In this document: positions 9,301-16,204 of the stretch, in pieces
Layout of the letters: every line of letters starts with the position of its first letter
How positions within the stretch are numbered: position 1 is the stretch's first letter
Source: a virus
Lineage: Duplodnaviria > Caudoviricetes
Virus record (IMG/VR): IMGVR_UViG_3300037470_000043
Location: 1 to 26,315 of that record
Reading direction: 5' to 3' (one strand)
Length of the DNA stretch: 26,315 nt
The notes under the pieces: generated by a model
Seen by the model: the letters and a program-made list of their open reading frames with translations, nothing else
Told to the model about the DNA's origin: nothing
The model's database searches: none
Made by a program: the position numbers and the translations under genes

Positions 9301-10970
9301 GACATAGCTTTTTTCAGGTTGCTTGTGTCAATGTCGAAATCATCATCTAGAAAATCATCATCAACTAACTCCGGCTCAGGCGTAACTTTCTGAGCAGCAC
9401 GATAACGATCTCCTACTTTGATCAGCTCAAGCTGACCGCCAGCTAAGTCCGCACGAGAGCCCGCAGATTTAAGAAAGTTCTGCGCAGAAGTTACGTCACT
9501 AAACTTTCGAGGATTCAATTGGTAGTTCTCAGCCTTCGCTAAAGCTTCGTCCGTGAACGTCGGAACTGCTTTCACGTCAGCAATTTGTTGTTCGAATTCT
9601 TTGAGTTTAGTTAAAGCATTTTCAGCTCCGTTTTTCTTTTCTTGCGGAATGCGTACAGTTTTGCCGTTTGAAAGTTTAGCTTTCCAAAACTGCTCTCCAT
9701 TTTTAGTCATCAAATCAGCGCCGAGAGCTTCAAGCTCTGCGTCGACACCTTGCAAGGGAGGCTCTGAAAGTTCAACAGGTTCAATGGGTTGAGCAGCAAC
9801 AGGCTCCTGTGGAACAAATTGTTCCATAGGTACAGCAGGTTTCTCAGTCATCCCAAGCTGAATCGGTGCGCCAGCAGGGAGTTCGTTCATGGCCGGAACC
9901 TGCCGAGGCGGCTTAGGCGCAGGAAGGCCTAATGGTTGACCGGGTACAGGAGGCGCTACAGCAGATTCCGCTGTCGGAACCTCAGCAGATGCAAACAGCC
10001 CTTGGGCTTCAGCAGCCTCCGCTAACTCAACGGCATACGCGTCAAGGGCTAGTGAGTCTGATTTAGGATACGCGGCTTTAACGGCTTCAACAGAGCCTAA
10101 TTCAGCTACACGGTTTAACACATTAGCCTGTTGTTTTTTCGTCAGGCTTGTCGTTGTAGGTTTAGCCGTTGGTGTCACTGGTTCAACAGGAGCCACCGGA
10201 CTAGCTGCTTTGGCAGGTTCCACAGGGGCAGCTGGCGCACTCCCCGGTTTCGAAACTTCTACAGCATTCCGCATCGCTGCAGCTTCTGTTTTATACGCAG
10301 GATATTTTCTAAGCAATTCTCCCTGGCTTATTCCAGGATTTGCTTTTTGTACCTGCTCCCAGGAAGGTAGCGTCATTCCACGCTCAGGAATCCGAGCCAT
10401 TCGTACAGGGGTAGAATTCCAAACTCGCTTAACACCGCCGCCAACAAGCATCGGAACTCCGACGTCCACAGCTGCAACTGTACTTGCGGCAAGTCCCGGA
10501 CTGCCTGTAAGATCTTGAACTAAATTCCCTAACGGCTTTGCTGCGTATTTATCCAGCCACTCGAAAGGCTTAGCGGTCATCTCAGACGTAAACGCCCCAG
10601 CCTTCGTTTGTGGCCCAGTCCGTTCTGCAACGAATTGTTGAATAGTCTGAATATTTCGTTCAGCTAATTCAGTATTAGCTTTCGTTGGAGGTGGATCTCC
10701 AGGCTTCCAGCCTTCAGGCGTAGTCCCGCTGAACAAGCTACCGAGTCCAACTAACCCTGAAGCAGCCATCGTCGGCATAGCCGCAGCAAAGTCTCGCGTA
10801 GGTGCAGTATAAGCGTCGATGCCTGCACCAAGAAAGTCAGCATAGGCACCGACGCCTTTTTTAATCTTCTGTCCAGTGGAGTAGATTTTATTAGGCGTTT
10901 CATCAACTAGAGGCTTTGACGCAGCTTCACCTGAGGATAGATCAGTAAGGTTATAGTTAATAATAGCCAT
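6393..10970 (-). CDS. Large internal virion / DNA ejection protein (positional analogue of P22 gp16 or T7 gp16)
   Basis: 1525 aa and the last gene of the morphogenesis operon. Pro/Ala-rich N-terminal linker, acidic patches, helical C-terminal half with a hydrophobic helix (LLRYTLMVGAVTALF) and a basic tail. Function inferred from position and composition. Confidence 0.65.
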   Translation of the reverse strand: MAIINYNLTDLSSGEAASKPLVDETPNKIYSTGQKIKKGVGAYADFLGAGIDAYTAPTRDFAAAMPTMAASGLVGLGSLFSGTTPEGWKPGDPPPTKANTELAERNIQTIQQFVAERTGPQTKAGAFTSEMTAKPFEWLDKYAAKPLGNLVQDLTGSPGLAASTVAAVDVGVPMLVGGGVKRVWNSTPVRMARIPERGMTLPSWEQVQKANPGISQGELLRKYPAYKTEAAAMRNAVEVSKPGSAPAAPVEPAKAASPVAPVEPVTPTAKPTTTSLTKKQQANVLNRVAELGSVEAVKAAYPKSDSLALDAYAVELAEAAEAQGLFASAEVPTAESAVAPPVPGQPLGLPAPKPPRQVPAMNELPAGAPIQLGMTEKPAVPMEQFVPQEPVAAQPIEPVELSEPPLQGVDAELEALGADLMTKNGEQFWKAKLSNGKTVRIPQEKKNGAENALTKLKEFEQQIADVKAVPTFTDEALAKAENYQLNPRKFSDVTSAQNFLKSAGSRADLAGGQLELIKVGDRYRAAQKVTPEPELVDDDFLDDDFDIDTSNLKKAMSEYEEGARTYDTKALANKPSSQVMAKAPEPVMAELTMKQSQATRRDAIKAAAEKTKTKKQLTPEEEIQQILDSDPDAYDPEMQSWEELKQLDQEKDYYDQVEEIEGRLGRTVRDLTDLFSDERGALGKDVSKLKRSLKEVAAELNAAKRKVIHLGYDETTAAAEAIGEGQQKVKAAAASGDVTEIPQVVEELTTVKEVLKDVAGKAKVKKDMKKAEEKTVKKVKLSEAEAAYYANLIKQQMEIDLDRAFNPSVSPIKDLVDYMKSIDRIVPKYKQGSFEVPKRQKPAIPKDSPEMLDPSKDLMRIGSGRASTTSGHLLTPSFALRKFFKPGTSLIIDAMESTMALGTNIRNTQRWAKDTFGKLPSATQAIEQTLGKLYEETRKGLDKSDQLKAEVGQHSVRRKDAEKMVKLNERRLANTHAAHPKIPIYKAELVKAQMAVAKYKAQATAAGKRYKNLRKATMENLVNKYDKMIVPLAEKNPRVRVALAAAGKLPKGISLSPAEAMLAEKATEYFEATATRMRELGLPTKEDGAYITHSFGEIATDKWAKAFKYVPSVPIKLKFASQVPYSRVWLPDINQLLDHYIPTVERKLAFQPLLDRWSDFIEYQAPPNMREMMQDWLKSNLYKEHGGLVNKVVNGVVNAEYVRLVGLSLSTAAKHASKLLDTFGVNTMSATMQGMYQTSKLPLQATAKMLGMKGDTPELDLFKAYVSMDQIVRVLDETPGLKSSWSLVKALSGSLTTTTEMLDNGVTIMATTIASANAKLTVDQARALVLDSILKANFRGGVDQPLYMKNPAGRLLGMFQTTVQKTFELRASLLKDQWTGGKDAFGKSKRNRLLRYTLMVGAVTALFRSEGKDILHWFTEAPYMRDWLHGTKEFPYYATAMPKTAASPPVQLLTEMNQKGVLEGAKEHFDYTPIVKYLTMQDNDYPNKYYDTPTDQIFGLRKLDAGHAKKQSGRARIKSRKRPKR
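9807..9829. repeat. 23-bp palindromic motif, copy 2 (intragenic)
   Basis: CTGTGGAACA AAT TGTTCCATAG, encoding PMEQFVPQ within the 1525-aa ORF. Confidence 0.88.
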
Positions 10971-10993
10971 AATAAAATCCTTTACTGGAAGAA

Positions 10994-11782
10994 TTATTCT
11001 AAAAACTTCTCAACGTTCTTAGCCCATACAGGATCATCTTCATCGATATCATGAGCTTCGCGGAGCTGGTTAAGGAACTGTTTTAACTGTTCCGGTCCCA
11101 TCTTACCCAAGCCCTCTTTCGGCGAGATAAAGTAAAGGGAACGAGCAGGTGCAGTAACCGTTTTGCCTCGCCAGTTTTGATACTCCACAGGCTGCAGATC
11201 AATCTGACCTAACGCTTGGCCAGAATGCTCAAGAGCACGACTGATGGAAGTAAGCTCACTTTGCGTCATGTTCTGCCGTACACGCCCAGTAGAACGTCCA
11301 TCAGAATCTTGTTCATACAACAGTGATCGTGCATAGTTATCAGCATCCATCGAATCTTTGGCAGTAGGTATTGGCGGCCTAAAACCTACCGCAGCCATGT
11401 CGCCGAAGTTAACTTTCGACGGATCATTTCCGGCTTCACCCATTCGCCCAATAGCGCCTAGTTTCGACTCAAGCTCACGAGACATTAAACTAATACGAGT
11501 TGAATCTTGTTCAAGTTTTCGTGCCGCTTGAGTAAGCCGTTCAACTTCTGCCGCATTCTTAGCTGTTGCGAGTTGAGCATTAAGCTGAGTCTTTACAGCA
11601 TCCAAATACTGCGCTTGATTGGTTAACACTAATGACATGTCACGATATTCTTTAAGATCTTGCCGTCCTTGAATATCATTAATTAGCCCGCCTTCATTTA
11701 ACTTATCCTTAAACCCTCCACGAAGACTATCGGCCATTAGCGCAGCATTAGCGTGCCCGGCATTGCCGAGTTGCAAAATCAT
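10994..11782 (-). CDS. Putative ejection protein, possibly the C-terminal part of a -1 frameshift fusion with 11845-12456
   Basis: 262-aa ORF with a coiled-coil segment. No convincing SD before ATG 11782, and the frame stays open upstream to 11902. Confidence 0.6.
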   Translation of the reverse strand: MILQLGNAGHANAALMADSLRGGFKDKLNEGGLINDIQGRQDLKEYRDMSLVLTNQAQYLDAVKTQLNAQLATAKNAAEVERLTQAARKLEQDSTRISLMSRELESKLGAIGRMGEAGNDPSKVNFGDMAAVGFRPPIPTAKDSMDADNYARSLLYEQDSDGRSTGRVRQNMTQSELTSISRALEHSGQALGQIDLQPVEYQNWRGKTVTAPARSLYFISPKEGLGKMGPEQLKQFLNQLREAHDIDEDDPVWAKNVEKFLE

Positions 11783-11792
11783 CTCAGGCGGC

Positions 11793-11846
11793 AGCCCCGT
11801 CAGGTCTGGAAACGCTGCATTTCCAGAGCCTGAATCCGACGGGGCT
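11793..11846 (-). promoter_or_regulatory. Strong RNA hairpin, candidate frameshift stimulator
   Basis: On the - strand: AGCCCCGT/ACGGGGCT (8 bp), CAGG/CCTG and TCTGGAAA/TTTCCAGA (8 bp). It begins inside the TAG stop of 11845-12456. Confidence 0.6.
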
Positions 11847-12456
11847 ACCAGGGGCGGGGTGGATTGAAGTAATTGCCCAGGGATCGTTGAGCTGTAGGAG
11901 GATTAACCCCTCCTTGATATCCTTCCGGAACACCTTCAACGGACTGCGGGAACTGAGGAACACCAGGAGGAGGAGGCCCGGTGCCGCCGCTAGCCCCAGT
12001 CCCCGCAGCTTTGTTAACATCTCGTGTGTTGCCTTTGATACTATAGCCATCGCCAGTAAGGGTCATACTGGTAGGACCCGCAACTCCCGCAGCAGTGAAA
12101 TCACCTATGCCAGGTACACCTAGATTCGGCGCTTGCTGATTGTTGTAGACGTTGGGATTGTTAAGCGTCCCACGCAAAGCGTCCAACATGCTCTGCCGTT
12201 CCACTTGCTGCGCTTTAGTGGCTTTATTTGCTAAGCTACTCTGCGCCATGAAAGTTCCGATCCCAGCCATAGGATTATTAGGAGCTAATCCACGGCCGAT
12301 CGAATCCGCGATGATAGAGAATTTTTCAGGATTCTGCTGTAACCAGTTATTAGCCTGGCTAAACATATTCCCAAAGCTAAATCCTGCAGCCGGTTGAGCT
12401 GGCGTAGGACTAGCATTAGGAGGAAGTGCAAACTCTTGTCCTGGAGTTATAGCCAT
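11845..12456 (-). CDS. Putative ejection / internal virion protein (Gly/Pro/Asn-rich)
   Basis: SD AAGGAG. Low-complexity composition, positioned between the pilot protein and the large ejection protein. Confidence 0.65.
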   Translation of the reverse strand: MAITPGQEFALPPNASPTPAQPAAGFSFGNMFSQANNWLQQNPEKFSIIADSIGRGLAPNNPMAGIGTFMAQSSLANKATKAQQVERQSMLDALRGTLNNPNVYNNQQAPNLGVPGIGDFTAAGVAGPTSMTLTGDGYSIKGNTRDVNKAAGTGASGGTGPPPPGVPQFPQSVEGVPEGYQGGVNPPTAQRSLGNYFNPPRPW

Positions 12457-12474
12457 TTTTACGCTCCTTAAAAG

Positions 12475-13407
12475 TTAAGATGATAAAGCACCTGCAACGC
12501 CGCCGACAACTGCTCCGATAGCTGTGCCCCATCCAGGGTTAATTGAGGTACCTACAGCCGCACCGCTCATAGCACCTCCGAGAACGTTTTGAGCTGTTGA
12601 TGCTTCTTTACCTGACTGTGTAGGTGTCCCGCCTCCGATCGAAGCCATTAAGGTTGAGAAGTAGTTAAACAATTCTAGCTCCCAAGTACGATCCTTGGCA
12701 GTTGCTTCGCTAATGAATTTAATCTCATCAAACTTACCTGCTGCATAAACACGCGCTAATTCAGCACTATGCACAACAAGCGTTTTTTGCCAATCAAGAT
12801 ATTGTTTAAAAACTTCATCCGCAAGTTTAAGCATGTTGTAATTAGTTTCAGCTATTAGTTTAGTCACGTCACGATTCTTCTGTGATTCAATAATTGCATG
12901 ACCTATGCTAAAAGCCGAAGTCATCACACACTGCATATCACGCATACCAGCTTGAAAACGAGGTAGAACTTTTAAATCTACATCATCATTCATTATATCA
13001 ATCTCAGCATTCAACAAAGCAACGTGCGCAGGGTTAGTTGAGATGCTGAGGTAGACATCATTGAAAACTGCAACGGTATCAGTTCCAATATTTGAGCTTA
13101 ACAAACCAAAAACTGGATTAGCACTTGCCCCAAACAACGTATCAATACAGCCTGGAAGATGGTCAAGAAAAGGAGATTCATCAAATGCAGCATTCAGGTA
13201 ATAAGTTAAGCTACGTGTTAACGTATCATTACCTCGCCGATTTAATGCTTGCCCATGCGCTTCTTTCATATAACCAGGATAATCAACTTCACCGCTAGAG
13301 CCTCCACCACCTTTAGCTTCCGCGACTACTCCAGCATACTCATAAGAAGTTTCAGATAAAACTTCCATAGTAGCCATATCAATTACTACTTCTGTGTATA
13401 CTTTCAT
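12475..13407 (-). CDS. Putative DNA ejection / pilot protein (P22 gp7-like organisation)
   Basis: N-terminal leader followed by KGGGGSSG. C-terminal glycine zipper GGAMSGAAVG...GTAIGAVVGGVAGALSS. Start set at ATG 13407, after SD AAAGGAG. Confidence 0.7.
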   Translation of the reverse strand: MKVYTEVVIDMATMEVLSETSYEYAGVVAEAKGGGGSSGEVDYPGYMKEAHGQALNRRGNDTLTRSLTYYLNAAFDESPFLDHLPGCIDTLFGASANPVFGLLSSNIGTDTVAVFNDVYLSISTNPAHVALLNAEIDIMNDDVDLKVLPRFQAGMRDMQCVMTSAFSIGHAIIESQKNRDVTKLIAETNYNMLKLADEVFKQYLDWQKTLVVHSAELARVYAAGKFDEIKFISEATAKDRTWELELFNYFSTLMASIGGGTPTQSGKEASTAQNVLGGAMSGAAVGTSINPGWGTAIGAVVGGVAGALSS

Positions 13408-13415
13408 AGCCACTC

Positions 13416-13438
13416 CTTTGGAACAAATTGTTCCATAG
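13416..13438. repeat. 23-bp palindromic motif, copy 3
   Basis: CTTTGGAACA AAT TGTTCCATAG. It fills most of the intergenic gap and overlaps the SD of the pilot gene. Confidence 0.9.
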
Positions 13439-13876
13439 TTACAGACGTTTAGTAACCATTGAAAAATCTTTCGAAAAACCGTACTGCGCTAGCTTGTCAC
13501 ATAAAGCATCGTTATTAGTATAACCAGTGATTACTTGGCAATTGTTCGATTGAGCAAAGGCCGTGAGTACTTCAATGCTTTGCAGCCATTCGGCTTCGTC
13601 TAGAGGACGTATACCGTACAGCACATAAAGATGCAAAAAGCGTTGATTTGAAAAATGATCTGTGGAGATGTCAGTAATCAAAAAGGCCTTAAAATGCTGC
13701 CCGTCGGTATCAAACAAGACCCAGCACTGGAGAATCCCGGTTAGCAGATTCTGCAGTATTCCGTTCATTGCAGCAGGGTTGTCTGCTGTAGTAGGCGGAA
13801 GCACTTGCTGACTCCCATGTTTAATGATATCCCAGTAAGGGGGAATCTGATCAGGTAGTAGTTTAACTATCAACAT
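13439..13876 (-). CDS. Virion assembly protein, possibly GNAT-like fold (position of P22 gp14 / T7 gp13)
   Basis: SD GAGGAGG before ATG 13876. Pattern LQCWV...LHLYVLYG...FAQSNNCQVITGYT...YGF resembles acetyltransferase-like podovirus proteins found just upstream of the ejection genes. Confidence 0.55.
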   Translation of the reverse strand: MLIVKLLPDQIPPYWDIIKHGSQQVLPPTTADNPAAMNGILQNLLTGILQCWVLFDTDGQHFKAFLITDISTDHFSNQRFLHLYVLYGIRPLDEAEWLQSIEVLTAFAQSNNCQVITGYTNNDALCDKLAQYGFSKDFSMVTKRL

Positions 13877-14993
13877 CTGGGCCTCCTCGTCCTGCCGAAG
13901 CAATCAGTCCTCGACGATATCGTTTGTCGGAGAACTGTACTTGTGCATGAATGTAATCCAAGTAAATAGGTTCCAGCGTTAAAGAGCGTTGGAATTTGAG
14001 TCCTACCATGAACTCTAAACCAGACGCGCCTATATGGGCATAACATTCTTTGTTTAAGCGAACTTCTTTGAACTTGGTAAAAGACTGTGTCTTATCAAAA
14101 CGATAATAAACAATCGCCCAGGCTTGCGTGGTGGCTTCGAAATCTATTCCAAACGCCAGTCCCGTTAAAGTTTTAATACAACGCTGACCAAAATCCGTAG
14201 CATGACTTACGCATTCATGCAGGATAATAGGCAATTCGTTGTTGTTGATAGAAGGTGAAACGATTTGTAACGTTCCGTCATTAGCAACGTAAAGATCAGT
14301 GATGACAATATCTAGTACTGTCAGGCCCAGTTCTGGATTATAGACTAACGTCTTTCCAACTTCCTCACTTGAGAAGAACGCTCGTCCTGACGAAGGCTCA
14401 TAAAGGCTGACGAAGTTTCCCATGAAAGGTGCAAAGAACTCACTATACCCAAGTTTTTCGGGCAAAGCATTAGGCCGCAATGAATACAGATTCCCATCTT
14501 CTGCCACATAATAATGAATCAATTCATCGCCGCAAACAGCATAGCGACTATCAATTCCCTGAGTCACGAGTACGTTCTGACCATAGCCAGGAAAAGGATC
14601 GCTTACGGGATGAAGTTTTGAAATTCCACGTTGTCCATAGACAATAAGATTCTGCCCAAGTTTGCGAACATCCCAAGCAGGGCCGCGCCAAGGTAGTACA
14701 GCATGCCCAGCTGTGATATTGCTCTTACTCGGAATACAGTTCATCGAGCCGATACCGGCCCAGATGACTGTGTTAAGTTCCAAATATTGACGAACAAATG
14801 TTCCAGTAAGCTTCGCACTTCCTCGAACAGGATTAGTGTGAATAGGATTGCTGATAACAGCATGCCCCGCGAGACTAATCTGGCCACGTATCTTAGGCGC
14901 GTAGATAGTTTCACAAGGCTGAAAACCTCGAGCTAATCCTCGCCCACGAATAGGCTGCTTAGGTATTGTAATGTCTAAATGATCAGTAGCCAT
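13863..14993 (-). CDS. Tail nozzle / tubular protein B-like, C-terminal part
   Basis: Beta-rich, propeller-like segments (VIWAGIG, VRKLGQNLIVYGQRGISKL, GIDSRYAV, YYVAEDGNLYSL, DFGQRCIKTL), located directly before the GNAT-like and ejection genes. Confidence 0.55.
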   Translation of the reverse strand: MATDHLDITIPKQPIRGRGLARGFQPCETIYAPKIRGQISLAGHAVISNPIHTNPVRGSAKLTGTFVRQYLELNTVIWAGIGSMNCIPSKSNITAGHAVLPWRGPAWDVRKLGQNLIVYGQRGISKLHPVSDPFPGYGQNVLVTQGIDSRYAVCGDELIHYYVAEDGNLYSLRPNALPEKLGYSEFFAPFMGNFVSLYEPSSGRAFFSSEEVGKTLVYNPELGLTVLDIVITDLYVANDGTLQIVSPSINNNELPIILHECVSHATDFGQRCIKTLTGLAFGIDFEATTQAWAIVYYRFDKTQSFTKFKEVRLNKECYAHIGASGLEFMVGLKFQRSLTLEPIYLDYIHAQVQFSDKRYRRGLIASAGRGGPDVDS

Positions 14994-15005
14994 TTTGACG
15001 AATCC

Positions 15006-15440
15006 TTATTGGGCAGTAGGATCAGGACCAATACCTACGTTAATATCAGCAATCGTAAAAATACCTGCTTCGAAGACAGTCTTGTTGGAACCGAAGGCAA
15101 TATAGCCTACTACAATATCATCAGGATGAGTGTCGTCCCAGATAATTGCGCCTGGAGATGGGCCGATATCCCCACCTGTAGCAGTCCATGCGACGTTGTT
15201 ATAAGTAACATAACCCTCGTTAGCCACGTTGTCCTGCACTCCTTGTGCATTAACCAACGTAGCAGGTGAGTAGCCGTATTGAGCCGCCAGTAGACTGGCA
15301 GTTACGTTTGCAAGTAAGCCGTGAGTAGCTTGACTGAATTGAAAACCTGAAACGACGAGTGAAACTTTAAGCGTGTCGTTTAAAAGATCTACTTGTTTTT
15401 TCAGTACTTCAAGTTTAAACTTGTTGGATAACTGGGCCAT
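15006..15440 (-). CDS. Virion structural protein (tail or fibre-associated beta protein)
   Basis: SD AAGGAG before ATG 15440. Pattern DLLNDTLKVSLV...GYS...VTYNNVAWTATGGDIGP..GAIIWDDT...VGYIAFG is typical of small phage tail-associated proteins. Confidence 0.6.
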   Translation of the reverse strand: MAQLSNKFKLEVLKKQVDLLNDTLKVSLVVSGFQFSQATHGLLANVTASLLAAQYGYSPATLVNAQGVQDNVANEGYVTYNNVAWTATGGDIGPSPGAIIWDDTHPDDIVVGYIAFGSNKTVFEAGIFTIADINVGIGPDPTAQ

Positions 15441-15472
15441 GAGTAGACTCCTTAAAAGTAGCAACTGATTAT

Positions 15473-15495
15473 CTATGTAACAAATTGTTACATAG
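15473..15495. repeat. 23-bp palindromic motif, copy 4 (perfect arms)
   Basis: CTATGTAACA AAT TGTTACATAG, intergenic. Confidence 0.92.
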
Positions 15496-15509
15496 GAGAA
15501 GAAAGAATA

Positions 15510-15797
15510 CTAAATAAACCAAAGAGCTTCTTGTAGATCAATAGCTTTAGCAAGAGCTTTTTCTAATTCAAGCACAGTTACAATTTGATCTGTCCCGTCA
15601 GCCATACGCCAACGTACTTCAGTTTTACCTTGCACACGCATATGACGAGAGATTCGATCTAGTTGAACCTTACTTTGTTCGTCTGCATTAAAAAGCAGCG
15701 TAGTACCTTCGCGATTAACAGAGACCACCGCAGCTGCAATACGATTAGCCCGACGCTGTTTACGTTCCTCAGGAGTAGCTTTTATTTTAATCTTCAT
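15510..15797 (-). CDS. DUF4376-like tail fibre assembly / accessory protein
   Basis: FNADEQSKVQL...VRWRMADGTDQIVTVLELEKAL pattern, downstream of the tail-tip genes. Confidence 0.6.
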   Translation of the reverse strand: MKIKIKATPEERKQRRANRIAAAVVSVNREGTTLLFNADEQSKVQLDRISRHMRVQGKTEVRWRMADGTDQIVTVLELEKALAKAIDLQEALWFI

Positions 15798-16204
15798 ACA
15801 TCAACTCCTATCACCTCGAACGTTATATCAAGATAAGGCCAGGCTTTGACGCAAATCGTGTAAGTACCAGGAACATCAGTAGTAAACTCAAGTGCCGCGT
15901 CTTCATCGTCAACGGAGACTGAATAACCTTCGTGATTAATCCAAACTTCACACGGAAGCGGCAGCTTGCTAATAATAATTTTATCTTCGTCATCAGCTTC
16001 GAAAACAGTTTTGTTTATTTCAGTTTCTTGCCAAGGCCTAGCTTGTCTAACGTGGTTAAGGAGATAAGTTGTGTTAGGGTCAAGATGTTCGTGCAGATAA
16101 AGAAACTCATCCACATCACACTGAATATTTATAGAATCCTCAGGAACAGTTATTTGACGGATAATGCGGCCTTCCACAGAGTAAACAGTACCTAGAATAT
16201 TCAT
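15794..16204 (-). CDS. Tail-tip accessory protein
   Basis: Translationally coupled (ATGA overlaps) on both sides. C-terminal Ig-like segment LEFTTDVPGTYTICVKAWPYLD. Confidence 0.55.
   Translation of the reverse strand: MNILGTVYSVEGRIIRQITVPEDSINIQCDVDEFLYLHEHLDPNTTYLLNHVRQARPWQETEINKTVFEADDEDKIIISKLPLPCEVWINHEGYSVSVDDEDAALEFTTDVPGTYTICVKAWPYLDITFEVIGVDV

Noticed and set aside
11845-11847. Stop-codon readthrough or an alternative genetic code
   Set aside because: Reading through TAG meets TGA 15 codons later and does not join the next ORF. Genes are long and intact under the standard code.
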